This document shows, one piece after another, positions 36,947 through 47,100 of a stretch of DNA of 64,000 bases (the first letter of the stretch is position 1; every line of letters begins with the position of its first letter). Under the pieces are notes generated by a model that searched no databases, was not told the DNA's origin, and was given only the letters and a program-made list of their open reading frames with translations. The position numbers and the translations under genes were made by a program. This DNA comes from Candidatus Collierbacteria bacterium RIFOXYD2_FULL_45_13 (lineage in GTDB: Bacteria > Patescibacteriota > Microgenomatia > UBA1400 > MFAQ01): NCBI GenBank assembly GCA_001774685.1, contig MFAS01000001.1, positions 287,557 through 351,556 of the forward strand. Reading direction: 5' to 3'.

Positions 36947-37165
36947 ATGGCTAAAAACCAGATGACTGAGGTAAACGGAGTCGTCTCCGAGGCGCTACCC
37001 AATATGCAATTCCGGGTAACCCTTGATGACGGCAGAGAAATCTTGGCTCATCTTGCTGGTCGAATGCGACTCCATCGCATTCGCGTTATGCCCGGAGACA
37101 AAGTCAAACTCGAGATGAGTGACTACGACACGGACAAAGGCAGGATAGTTTATAGATCAAGCTAG
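36947..37165 (+). CDS. infA: translation initiation factor IF-1
   Basis: [41 protein letters not shown].. typical IF-1 S1 fold, 72 aa. The ORF-track start at 36791 is an upstream extension. Confidence 0.9.
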   Translation: MAKNQMTEVNGVVSEALPNMQFRVTLDDGREILAHLAGRMRLHRIRVMPGDKVKLEMSDYDTDKGRIVYRSS

Positions 37166-37212
37166 CTTCGTTTCCCTTTCAACAATAATTATTTAAATAA
37201 ACTTAAACGCGC

Positions 37213-37326
37213 ATGCGGGTTCAATCCTCCGTCAGACCTCGTTGCAAAAATTGCAAAATTATTAAACGCCATGGTAAGGTGCTGGTTATTTGTACCAACC
37301 CTCGCCACAAGCAGCGACAAGGATAA
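37213..37326 (+). CDS. rpmJ: 50S ribosomal protein L36 (37 aa; below ORF-track cutoff)
   Basis: [37 protein letters not shown], canonical L36 zinc ribbon, between infA and rpsM. Confidence 0.9.
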   Translation: MRVQSSVRPRCKNCKIIKRHGKVLVICTNPRHKQRQG

Positions 37327-37339
37327 ATCATAGAAAAAT

Positions 37340-37771
37340 ATGCCCAGACTTTCAGGTATCGACATCCCAAACGAAAAACGAATCGACATTTCTCTTACCT
37401 ATATCTACGGTATAGGAGAGAAGGTTGCTCACGACCTTCTTAAAAAAGCTAAGGTAGATCCTAGTATCCGTACCAAAAACCTTACCGGAGAAGAACTAAA
37501 AAACATTCAAGCTGCTATCGAAACTTTGCCTACCGAAGGTGAGCTAAGAAAAATTATCCGCGATAACATCGAAACCTTAAAAAGAATTCAAGCTTATAGA
37601 GGCGTTCGACACTCCATGGGACTTCCCGTTCGAGGTCAAAGAACCAGAACCAACGCTCGTACCAGAAAAGGCAAGAGAAAGACCATCGGCGCTATTTCCA
37701 AAGAAGCTGCCACTCCGGCCGCTGCTCCCGTTGCCAAAGCCGCCCCGGCCAAAACTACCGCTCAGAAATAA
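37340..37771 (+). CDS. rpsM: 30S ribosomal protein S13
   Basis: PRLSGIDIPNEKRIDISLTYIYGIG.. typical S13. Confidence 0.93.
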   Translation: MPRLSGIDIPNEKRIDISLTYIYGIGEKVAHDLLKKAKVDPSIRTKNLTGEELKNIQAAIETLPTEGELRKIIRDNIETLKRIQAYRGVRHSMGLPVRGQRTRTNARTRKGKRKTIGAISKEAATPAAAPVAKAAPAKTTAQK

Positions 37772-37776
37772 CTCAT

Positions 37777-38193
37777 ATGGCAGAAACAAAACCAACAACC
37801 AAACCAATCGTTACCAAGGTCAAGAAAGCCTCGACAATTCATTTCAAAAGTGGTCAGGGTAAGATGTTCGTCAAGTCTACTTTCAACACCACCTATGTCA
37901 CCTTTACTGATGCCAATGGCAACACTATTTGCTGGAGCTCGGCTGGTACTTGTGGATTCAAAGGTGCCAAACGCTCTACACCTTTTGCTGCTACCACCAT
38001 CATTGAAGAAGGTATCAGAAAGGCCAAAACGCTTGGTTTGACCAGTGTCGATGCCTACCTCAAAGGCCCAGGCCCGGGTAAAGATGCTGCTCTTCGTGTC
38101 TTAAAGACTTCCGGTGTAGAAATCAGTATGTTGGCCGACACCACCCCCATTCCCCACAATGGTTGCCGCCCAAGGAAACACCGAAGAGTCTAA
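37777..38193 (+). CDS. rpsK: 30S ribosomal protein S11
   Basis: Position and sequence. Confidence 0.92.
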   Translation: MAETKPTTKPIVTKVKKASTIHFKSGQGKMFVKSTFNTTYVTFTDANGNTICWSSAGTCGFKGAKRSTPFAATTIIEEGIRKAKTLGLTSVDAYLKGPGPGKDAALRVLKTSGVEISMLADTTPIPHNGCRPRKHRRV

Positions 38194-38218
38194 CAATCAA
38201 CTAACTAATAAATAAAAC

Positions 38219-38842
38219 ATGGCAAAATATATTGATCCCAAATGCAGACTCTGTCGTAGAGAAGGTGTCAAGCTCTATCTCAAAGGCGCCCGCTGTCTGT
38301 CACCCAAATGTCCTATCGAAAAAAGAGGTGGTCAGGTACCCGGCCAGCATGGTAAGAAGAGAGCCCGTGGTCGTATTTCCGGTTATGGCATTCAGCTAAG
38401 AGAAAAACAAAAAGCCAAAAGACTGTACGCTGTCTTGGAGAGTCAGTTCCACGGTTATTACGACCAAGCCATCAAGTCCAAAGGGAACACCGCCGAAGTT
38501 TTGATTCAGCTTTTGGAATCACGACTAGACAACATCTGTTATCGCTTGGGTTTTGTCGCTTCCCGCTCACTCGCCCGACAGCTGGTTACTCACGGTAATG
38601 TGCTGGTTGATGGTAAAAGAGTCGACGTTCCTTCCTTCCAGACCAAGCCGGGCATGATCATTTCTCTTCCGGAGCATGCGGCCAAATTCGATTTTGTTGC
38701 TCCAAATCTGATCGAGAAAAATGCACCGGCCAAATGGCTCTCCCGCGTCGGCACTCAAGGCAAAGTGGACCGCATGCCCACCGCAGACGAAATTGGATCC
38801 GATATTAAAACCAATCTAATTATTGAGTTCTACTCAAGATAA
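38219..38842 (+). CDS. rpsD: 30S ribosomal protein S4
   Basis: N-terminal zinc ribbon CRLCRREG...CLSPKC plus S4 domain. Confidence 0.92.
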   Translation: MAKYIDPKCRLCRREGVKLYLKGARCLSPKCPIEKRGGQVPGQHGKKRARGRISGYGIQLREKQKAKRLYAVLESQFHGYYDQAIKSKGNTAEVLIQLLESRLDNICYRLGFVASRSLARQLVTHGNVLVDGKRVDVPSFQTKPGMIISLPEHAAKFDFVAPNLIEKNAPAKWLSRVGTQGKVDRMPTADEIGSDIKTNLIIEFYSR

Positions 38843-38866
38843 TTCATTAATAATTACTACACAAAA

Positions 38867-39772
38867 ATGTTAGAACCTAATTTCAAAGTCACCGTAAAAG
38901 ACAAAAAAGAGCTAAACACAGCAGAAGTCGTTATTGAACCGCTTCCACAAAATTTTGGCCATACCATGGGTAATGCGCTTCGACGCGTTTTACTAACCTC
39001 TCTTGAGGGAGGTGCCGCTGTCCGCGTCAAAATTGATGGTGTTTCTCACCAATTTTCCACGCTATCCGGTCTTCAAGAAGATATTGTTGAATTCATCCTT
39101 AATCTAAAAACGCTTAATTTTTTCGTCGACTCCGACGAGCCTGTCGATATCAAGCTAAAAGTCTCTGGTGTCAAAGAGGTTAAAGCCTCCGATCTGGATT
39201 TACCATCCAATGTTACTGTCGCCAACCCCGATACTGTCTTGGCCCACCTCACTTCTCCCAAAGCCAAACTATCTGCTGTTATTACTGTCACCAGAGGACT
39301 CGGTTATGTCGCTTCCGAGGAAAATGCTACCAACGAAATTGGTGTAATCCCCCTCGATGCCTCTTTCTCTCCTGTTCTCAAGGCCAATTACACCATTGAA
39401 GCCGCTCGTGTCGGCCGTTCCAGTAACTTCGACAAGGTCAGGCTCACTTTGACTACCGACGGTACGATTACCCCGGGAGAAGCTGTCAAAAATGCAGCCC
39501 GCGTGTTGACCAGCTTTTATGACTATGTCAATTCCGCCGAAGCCTACATCGTTGAGAAAAAATCAGCCCATGAGGTTATTACTGCCGGTTTCGTTGATGA
39601 TCTAGATCTCCCTACCAGAGTGCTTAATGCTCTAAAAAAATCAGGAATTAATAAATTAGCCGATCTTAAAGCTCTCACGTTGGGCGACTTGAAAAAAGTT
39701 AAAAACCTTGGTGAGAAATCAGCCATGCAAGTGGTCGAAAAAGCTGCAGAAAAAGGCGTAATCATTCAATAA
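38867..39772 (+). CDS. rpoA: DNA-directed RNA polymerase subunit alpha (301 aa)
   Basis: N-terminal dimerisation domain plus C-terminal HhH-like alpha-CTD. Confidence 0.9.
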   Translation: MLEPNFKVTVKDKKELNTAEVVIEPLPQNFGHTMGNALRRVLLTSLEGGAAVRVKIDGVSHQFSTLSGLQEDIVEFILNLKTLNFFVDSDEPVDIKLKVSGVKEVKASDLDLPSNVTVANPDTVLAHLTSPKAKLSAVITVTRGLGYVASEENATNEIGVIPLDASFSPVLKANYTIEAARVGRSSNFDKVRLTLTTDGTITPGEAVKNAARVLTSFYDYVNSAEAYIVEKKSAHEVITAGFVDDLDLPTRVLNALKKSGINKLADLKALTLGDLKKVKNLGEKSAMQVVEKAAEKGVIIQ

Positions 39773-39775
39773 CCT

Positions 39776-40222
39776 ATGGGACGTCGACATCACTCAATCA
39801 TTGCCAAGTTAAACCGCAACACCAAAGAGCGAAAGTCTCTCTTCAGAGTTCAGTTGAAACAGCTTATCGAGCTGGGTAGTCTGACAACCACTGTTACCAA
39901 AGCCAAAATAATCAAACGCTTGTTTGATCGGCTCGCTGCGAAAGCCCAGGGTGGCACATTGGCTTCTCGCCGTCTAGTGTCTGCTGAGCTAGGCAGTCCC
40001 AAAAGTGCCAACAGATTGGTTGATCTTATTATTCCGGCCATGGGCGACAGGCACAGTGGTTTTACCACTATTCAAAAAGTTGGTGTCCGCCGAGGCGATT
40101 CAACCGTAACTGCTTCTTTGAGTTTGGTAGTTCCTTTACCGGAGACACCCAAGAGGGCTCCTAAGGTTGTTAAAGAAATCGCCAAAAAAGAAAACAAGAA
40201 AGTAATTAAGAAAAAATCATGA
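39776..40222 (+). CDS. rplQ: 50S ribosomal protein L17
   Basis: Position after rpoA and sequence. Confidence 0.9.
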   Translation: MGRRHHSIIAKLNRNTKERKSLFRVQLKQLIELGSLTTTVTKAKIIKRLFDRLAAKAQGGTLASRRLVSAELGSPKSANRLVDLIIPAMGDRHSGFTTIQKVGVRRGDSTVTASLSLVVPLPETPKRAPKVVKEIAKKENKKVIKKKS

Positions 40223-40656
40223 AAACTACCACCTTAAAAGTCTCGGATCTCTCTCATCACTGGCATCTCGTAGATCTCGATGGTCAGATACTCGGTCGTG
40301 CAGCCGTCAAAATTGCCACCCTCCTCACCGGCAAGGGTAAAGCTCTCACCGGCGATCATCTGGACAATGGAGACTTTGTTGTGGCTATCAATGCCGACAA
40401 GTTCAGGGTCACTGGCAAAAAGATGACCGACAAGATTTACTATTCTCACTCCGGTTTCCCTGGTGGTTTCCGAGAAATCTCTTTGGAACAGTTAAAAGCC
40501 AGAGATCCTCGCAAGGTCATCGAAAAAGCGGTCAAAGGCATGCTTCCAAAAGACAAGTTCCAACAGACTCGCCTCAGACGCCTCAAGATATTTACCGATG
40601 CCAAACACCCTTATACTGTCGAGTTGGGTTTAGTTAAAAAGGAGGAAACGAAATAA
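40219..40656 (+). CDS. rplM: 50S ribosomal protein L13
   Basis: WHLVDLDGQILGRAAVKIATLL.. typical L13. Confidence 0.92.
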   Translation: MKTTTLKVSDLSHHWHLVDLDGQILGRAAVKIATLLTGKGKALTGDHLDNGDFVVAINADKFRVTGKKMTDKIYYSHSGFPGGFREISLEQLKARDPRKVIEKAVKGMLPKDKFQQTRLRRLKIFTDAKHPYTVELGLVKKEETK

Positions 40657-40657
40657 T

Positions 40658-41137
40658 ATGGCACAAAAACTATCCAAAAAATCAAAAATTGCTGTAAAAC
40701 CAGTCAAGACCGCACCAGTCAAAAAGGGGTCTTTATCGATGCCCAAAGAATTCTTCTCTGCTGTCGGCAGACGTAAAACCGCAATTGCGCGTGTCCGCAT
40801 CTGGCCGGGCAAACAAGAGCTTACTGTCAACGGTAAGCCGATTTCTGCCTACTTCAAAGGGGAAACCTTCAAAAAGATTTATCAGGCACCCTTTACGGTC
40901 ACTGAAACTCTTGGTCAATACACCGGCAGTATCAAAATCGCCGGCTCCGGCTTAATGTCCCAGGCAAACGCCATGGTCCACGGTATTGCCCGTGCTTTGG
41001 TAAAAGTAAACTCAGACCAATACAAACAGATTCTGAGAGACAAAGGTTTCATTACCCGCGACTCCCGTATGAAAGAAACTCGTAAAGCCGGTCAAGGTGG
41101 CCGAGCCCGCGCCAAGAAGCAAAGCCCAAAGCGTTAA
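40658..41137 (+). CDS. rpsI: 30S ribosomal protein S9
   Basis: GRRKTAIARVRIWPG.., C-terminal basic tail ..KRAKKQSPKR. Confidence 0.92.
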   Translation: MAQKLSKKSKIAVKPVKTAPVKKGSLSMPKEFFSAVGRRKTAIARVRIWPGKQELTVNGKPISAYFKGETFKKIYQAPFTVTETLGQYTGSIKIAGSGLMSQANAMVHGIARALVKVNSDQYKQILRDKGFITRDSRMKETRKAGQGGRARAKKQSPKR

Positions 41138-42045
41138 ATCTTACCCAACAACGTTTTTGCCTCCAGTTCGAGGTTCAATTCGGTGCTCGTCACGCCATCT
41201 CTTTCGGCGTCAAAATACCCACCCATGACTCTGGACGCCAGCACCGGCGCAAACTCCTTATCATTCTTCTCGGTCCATTTATTAGTCTCCTTGAACATTT
41301 TCAAAAATTGCTCTGCCAAGTCCGGTCTCTGAAGTTTTGTGTATACCCGATGATAGAAGTAGGCTACGTCATAAAACTTCAGTCCGCCCATTTGGGCCGC
41401 TTCACTGTCGATCAAATAGTAATTTCTACTCTTGGTCTTCATTATTGCCCAAGGGGTAAAGTCCCCATGACTCGCCGCGATTTCGATATCTTCTTTTCTC
41501 TCTTTAATAAATCGAAGTAGTTTTTTAGTATCTCTGTTGGAACCATTAGCCCACTCTTCGGACTTCTGTTCCAATCTTTCCGGCCATACGGTTTTAAAAT
41601 ATTCTTTGTCTTTCGGTAGCAGGCTTACCTCGGCAAGCTCTATGATATTCTTTGCTATCTTCGCCGCCACCTCAATGTCTTTTTCGGAAACACTCGCCTT
41701 CTTTTGGCCCGGTTCGGCTAGCAGTTTTCCAAAAACAAACTCCCCGATAAACCAGTATTTATCTTGAAAATATCCTTCATCAAATACTTTTGGAATTCTA
41801 AATGTTTTAAGGTATTTTTTCCAGATGGTGTTTGTGTTCTCATTGAAACATTTTTCGTTCCATGTCCTTTCTCCAATCTCTTTAGTACTCGCCAGTTTCA
41901 GAAAAAGTTTCTCGTTTTCAAACTTGACCTGACCGGTCACGTGCCGCCACGGTTGTTCCAATTTTTGTATTCGGTACCCCAGATTTTCGAAGTGTCTGCC
42001 GACCTCCTCCAGGTTCATTTTTTCCGAGATTGTTTGGCCAGGCAT
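41134..42045 (-). CDS. aminoglycoside/choline kinase-like phosphotransferase (APH/ChoK family)
   Basis: HGDFTPWAIM (Brenner HGDxxxxN-like) and LIDSEAA (Mg-binding D of a DxE/DFG-like motif) at the correct spacing. 303 aa. Convergent with rpsI. Confidence 0.55.
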   Translation of the reverse strand: MPGQTISEKMNLEEVGRHFENLGYRIQKLEQPWRHVTGQVKFENEKLFLKLASTKEIGERTWNEKCFNENTNTIWKKYLKTFRIPKVFDEGYFQDKYWFIGEFVFGKLLAEPGQKKASVSEKDIEVAAKIAKNIIELAEVSLLPKDKEYFKTVWPERLEQKSEEWANGSNRDTKKLLRFIKERKEDIEIAASHGDFTPWAIMKTKSRNYYLIDSEAAQMGGLKFYDVAYFYHRVYTKLQRPDLAEQFLKMFKETNKWTEKNDKEFAPVLASRVMGGYFDAERDGVTSTELNLELEAKTLLGKI

Positions 42046-42082
42046 TACTTCATTATATCCATATGTTTAATTTATGAATCGT

Positions 42083-42104
42083 CCGTGATATAATACCCCA
42101 TAAC
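42083..42104 (+). promoter_or_regulatory. conserved promoter motif copy 3: CCGTGATATAATACCCCATAAC
   Basis: TGATATAAT plus ACCCCATAAC, identical to copy 1 over 19 nt. Followed by AAGGAGG and a TTG start. Confidence 0.5.
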
Positions 42105-42123
42105 CCATTACAAGGAGGTTTTC

Positions 42124-42522
42124 TTGAACATTAAGATTCTTGTTGATAACGTCAGTCGGGATTGGACGCCGGGTGCTTTCAAAGTACAAGCACTCAAAGA
42201 AATTATTCAAGCCGTATTCAAATGTCCCTCGACATTTATTTTTAAGCCTGCGTCTGAATACTGCTTCACGGAACTTGGTCACATCACCCCGGTCAATAAA
42301 GTCATCGTTACCATCGGACCGGAGACGCCCGACGAGCAGCCCTATCGAAGCGTCGATTTTTCAGCCAAAGCTGAACTGATCAACGAGAAGGTTCAATCCC
42401 TTCTTTTAGGATCCTCTGTACCGTACGAACTCAATTTACCTGCAGAGGTCGACATTACTGCTTTTCGGAAGGTATATTCTTTTCGAGGCAGTCAAGCCAT
42501 TGAAAAGCAGGAATGGCGGTAG
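42124..42522 (+). CDS. hypothetical protein (132 aa, TTG start)
   Basis: AAGGAGG RBS 7 nt upstream, followed by a terminator. Confidence 0.55.
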   Translation: MNIKILVDNVSRDWTPGAFKVQALKEIIQAVFKCPSTFIFKPASEYCFTELGHITPVNKVIVTIGPETPDEQPYRSVDFSAKAELINEKVQSLLLGSSVPYELNLPAEVDITAFRKVYSFRGSQAIEKQEWR

Positions 42523-42537
42523 TCAAACTTTTCACCC

Positions 42538-42560
42538 TCCCCTCGCAAGAGGGGATTTTA
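42538..42560 (+). terminator. intrinsic terminator (tcccctc/gagggga, GCAA loop + TTTT)
   Basis: 7-bp stem, GNRA tetraloop, T-run. Confidence 0.65.
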
Positions 42561-42575
42561 AGTTAAAATAACTCG

Positions 42576-43160
42576 ATGAAAATTTGTGGTTTAGACGAGT
42601 GTGGTCGAGGCGCTTTTGCCGGCCCTCTCGTGGCCGCCGCCGTCATAATAAATTGTGATCTGGAATCTATTCCGGCCCTCCTTCCCGTTCCTCTTCGGGA
42701 CAGTAAAAAACTCACCGAAATCCAACGAAACAAAATTGTCGCCTCTTTGCCGAAACTACCAGTGATCTACAAAATCGCCGAGATCTCTGTTTCTGAAATA
42801 AATCAGTTTGGCATGGGCTGGGCCAACCGCCAGATTTTTGATAACCTTATCTCCGGAATCCAGGCTAATCTCTTTATTGTTGACGGAAATCTAAAGTTTA
42901 CCAATCCTGCCGTCAGAACGCTGATCAAGGGAGACGATAAATGCTACCAGGTAATGCTGGCGAGTATTATCGCCAAAGTCTATCGTGATAATCTCATGTC
43001 CAAACTTCACCAGGACTTTCCGGAATATGGCTGGGATAGAAACTCCGGCTACGGCACTGCCGAACATATCCAAGCTATCAAGCAATTTGGCCAAAACCTC
43101 CACCATCGATCCCAGTATATTGCTAGCTGTTTATCTCGGCAGTGGCCGAGGGGGGTATAA
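42576..43160 (+). CDS. rnhB: ribonuclease HII
   Basis: ICGLDECGRGAFAGPLVAAAV N-terminal DEDD motif context, typical RNase HII. Confidence 0.9.
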   Translation: MKICGLDECGRGAFAGPLVAAAVIINCDLESIPALLPVPLRDSKKLTEIQRNKIVASLPKLPVIYKIAEISVSEINQFGMGWANRQIFDNLISGIQANLFIVDGNLKFTNPAVRTLIKGDDKCYQVMLASIIAKVYRDNLMSKLHQDFPEYGWDRNSGYGTAEHIQAIKQFGQNLHHRSQYIASCLSRQWPRGV

Positions 43161-44152
43161 TCGCTATTATGAAATCAGAAATCGAGCGTAGTCTTCCTGT
43201 TATACCCGAGTCGGATATTTATCGTGAAGATGGTCGCAAGTCTCTTACGGAACTCTGGGAGACTTATCTAACCTTGATCGATAAAGGATGGATTGGAGAA
43301 ATAATCGCCAGCCAGGAGATTACTCTACCGGATGGTTCTATGGCAGAACTTCCGATATTTGCCTTTAGGACTCCATTGCCGGCAGGTAAATCGGAGGAGG
43401 CTCTGTGGGTGTTGGGAGGCGTTCACGGAGAGGAGCCAGCCGGCCCAAATGCCTTTTCTCAAAAAATTGACTCTATCGATCATCTAAGGGAGTTTGGTAT
43501 ACCAGTCGTTTTTATTCCACTTATGAACCCTGCCGGTTACTTTAGGGATTGGCGTTACGAGGATGAACGGAGGGACTTCACCAAAGGTCATAGCGTCAGT
43601 GACTCTGAACACATGTTATTGGCCGAAAACAGTCGGCCTCGCACTGATCACCCCGCCAGCAAAACTGCCGATCAGATTACTTCTTGGATTGAAAGGTCGG
43701 TTTCCGCTTATTACCCCAAACTAGTTATAGATCATCATGAAGACAGAGTTCCGGAAAAATTTCCGGAAGGTGACCCGCGCAATATCACCTCCTGTTACGT
43801 TTACGCGTCTGGTCAAGGATCTCACACAGCCGACATTGCTCAGGCAGTAAACCGGTTATTTATCGAATCTGGACTTCCCGTTATCGATCAAGGCACCACA
43901 CGCTTTGGAGAGCAAATAATCTCTGGAGTTGTGGCCAACGCTGCCGACGGGTCGATCGACGAATTTCTTAGTTCGGCAAAATATTTTTCGCGATCCGAGA
44001 ATAGGATCAAGGATAAATTCCCCGCTTCAACTTCTATTGTCGTCGAGACGACCATTCCGTTTGATGGCTCGATTCCTCTGATCGATAGGGTACGTGCACA
44101 TGGAAAGATAGTCGATTCTTATTTACCGTTTTGGCAACTGGTTAAGAGTTGA
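43142..44152 (+). CDS. succinylglutamate desuccinylase/aspartoacylase (AstE/AspA, M14-like) family zinc hydrolase, putative
   Basis: GGVHGEEPAG and NPAG motifs (GGxHGNE..NPxG pattern of the family). Start is uncertain: GTG at 43142 overlaps rnhB, and an alternative ATG lies at 43168. Confidence 0.5.
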   Translation: MAEGGIIAIMKSEIERSLPVIPESDIYREDGRKSLTELWETYLTLIDKGWIGEIIASQEITLPDGSMAELPIFAFRTPLPAGKSEEALWVLGGVHGEEPAGPNAFSQKIDSIDHLREFGIPVVFIPLMNPAGYFRDWRYEDERRDFTKGHSVSDSEHMLLAENSRPRTDHPASKTADQITSWIERSVSAYYPKLVIDHHEDRVPEKFPEGDPRNITSCYVYASGQGSHTADIAQAVNRLFIESGLPVIDQGTTRFGEQIISGVVANAADGSIDEFLSSAKYFSRSENRIKDKFPASTSIVVETTIPFDGSIPLIDRVRAHGKIVDSYLPFWQLVKS

Positions 44153-44198
44153 TATTTTCATTGACAGCTACTCTTATTGAAACTAAACTGAATCATCG

Positions 44199-47100
44199 AT
44201 GGGAAAAATAAAAACCTTCTTAGGTTCTTTGCGTCCTTGGCAACTTTTTGGTATTCTGTTTGCATCGGTCGGACTGCTCGTCTCTGTCATTCTCGCTTCG
44301 CAGTATCTTCAGCGCTCCGCCAAGCTCAAGCTCGGTTCGACTTCCGGACTTTTGCTCACAGCAGATAGACAAGACTCTCTGGGGACTTTCCAAGACTCCA
44401 CCTTTACCTTAAAGTCCGATCAGGACCTTACGGTTGCCAGTCTGAAGAACAGCGTTATTTTTTTCCCTGAAATAGATTTCGATATTCGTGAGGTCAATCC
44501 CCGCCAGTTTAGTATTTCCCCCAAAACACTTCTGAAGAACAACAGTCTGTATCGCATCAAAATCCTTGCCGAACAGAAGACCTTTTCCTGGGCCTTCCAG
44601 ACCAAAAACGATTTTCGCGTGATTCAGACACTTCCTCGTGACCAAGCAAACTATGTACCTCTTAATTCTGGGATCGAGATTACCTTCAGTCATGACAACT
44701 GGGCCGATATTGGTTTGAAAGAAGGAAATTTTGAAATCACTCCGGCCGTCGATGGCCGTTTTGAACGCCACAAGCGCACCCTGTCTTTCGTCTCCAAAGG
44801 TCTCACACCTGGCACGCTTTACACTATTAAGATTAAAAAAGGTCTAAAACTAAACGGCACTACCGAAACACTCAAAGAGGACTTTGTTTTCCGTTTTGAG
44901 ACTCAACCTTCTAATGTTGGACAGACACTCGGGTTTGCCCGAAACTTTTACGAATTTTCACCTTCGGAAACACCAGCCTTCGATATTTACACCTCTGCTT
45001 CCGGTGGTGGGGATCTTTCTGTTCAAGTTTATCAGTATTCCGGTTTTTCGGGCTTTAATTCAGACTTCAACACTCTCCTATCCATTCCCTCTTGGGCCTA
45101 CAACTCACTTCATTCCAAGCGATTACCGGTCACTAGTCTTACGAAAGTTCTAGACTTCCACACCCCCATCCATCAGCAGACATACACCAACTTCTTCTTA
45201 TTTCCTCAAACTTTACCTAAAGGGTATTATTTGGTCGAATCAAACTTAGGTAGCGTTTCCACCCAGGCCCTAGTTCAAATTACCGATATATCAGCTTATC
45301 TTAGCTCAAGCGGGACCAAAACTCTGGTTTGGGTCAATGATATCGAGTCCAAAAAACCGATTTCCGGTGCCAAGATAAATTTCGGAGGAAAGGTACAGGA
45401 AACCGGATCCGAAGGAGTCGCTTATTTTGATACTCCCCAGTCGCAGATAGACGAACCATCGGCCATCACAGTTAGTTACGGCGACAGCCATCTGCTTCTG
45501 CCTCCGAAAAACTCTGGCAATTACTACTACTCAAAATACCAGCAAACCAGACGAGTGTTAGACAAATACTGGAGTTATTTCTACACCGACCGGCCGGTTT
45601 ATCTTCCTATCGATAGCGTCAAATTTTGGGGACTGCTTCGGGACCGAGATAATCTTAGTCAAAAACAAAAGTTCACCTTAGAAGTCACCCGGTCGGATTA
45701 CACCGGTTGGGATTTCAACCCCATCATCCTGTTTACCAAAGATTTTGAAACCAGCGATCTGGGCACTTTCACTGGTGAAGTCCCTTTGTCGGGTTTTAAC
45801 CCCGGCTGGTATGGAATCGCCCTCAAGATGGGGGACTCTGTGGTCATGAGCTCTTCTTTCACTGTGGCCACTTACACCAAGCCGGCTTACCGCCTCACCC
45901 TCCAATCCTCCAAGAAGGCCGCTATCATCGGAGAGACCATCTCTTTCACCGGACAAGCCACTTTTTTTGAAGGTTCACCGGTACCTGGGATGAACCTAAA
46001 ATACACCAGTCGTGACACCAAAGGCTCTGTAACGACCGATTCGTTGGGTAGATTCAGTTTTAGTCAAGTCGCTTCGATGAGGCCAAGCTTCGTTAACTAT
46101 TCTCCTGAATATACCTACCTTTTCCTTCGACCATCGCAAATGGAAGAGGGCGACATCCAGGCTGACGTGTCGGTAGCGGTTTTCAACTCTTCTTTAGCCT
46201 TCAATTCCATGAAATCGGAATCAAAGGGAAACATCGGTCGGGTGGAGTTGGATCTGCGGCAGGTAGACACTTCAAGGTTTGTCCCCTATACCTCGTTGGA
46301 CAATTTTACCCCTGCTCCGGGCCGGACTGTTACCGGCACTCTTATGGAGAACCAGTGGAACCGTCGTGAGGTCGGTACCTATTACGACTTTATCAATAAA
46401 GTCACCTCCCCAAGATATGAATACGACCGTATCCAAAACAAAATCGCCGATATTAGTTTAACTACCGATACCAACGGTAAAGCCGTCTATGAATTTCCGG
46501 TCGCGGAAGGCAAATCTTACAATGTTATTTTTCGCGCTTCGGATGATCAAAGCAGGACAACCACCCAAGATATTTACGTTTCCGGATCTGCCGATAATTA
46601 TCCTCGAAACAACTATGTCTTCCTAAAATCGGACAAATCAGGTTTCAACGATCCTTTCGCCATCGGTGAGCCGGTTAACCTTACTGTCATGCGGGGAGAA
46701 TCCCCCATGTCCTCCACCGATTCTGACAAATTCCTGTATCTGTTTGCCCAGAGAGGCATCAAGTCTTTCCAGATCTCAGATGATTCAAATATCAGTTTCA
46801 AGTTCTCTGATGCCTTCATTCCCAACATCTCGGTTCGGGCTATTAGATTTACCGGTAAAACCTACGAAGTTTCCGAAGGATTAAATCTGATGTTCGATAG
46901 TTCAGCCAAGAAACTCTCTCTGGACGTTACCATGGATAAATCTTCCTATCTCCCGGGAAGCACTGCCAGGCTTTCTGTTCTTTCCAAAGATTCACACGGT
47001 TCTCCGGTGCCGGCCGAGGTCAATTTATCTTTCCTCGACGAAGCCTACAACGCCATAAACCCCGTTACAGTGGATCCTCTTGCCAGAATTTTCAGTTCCC

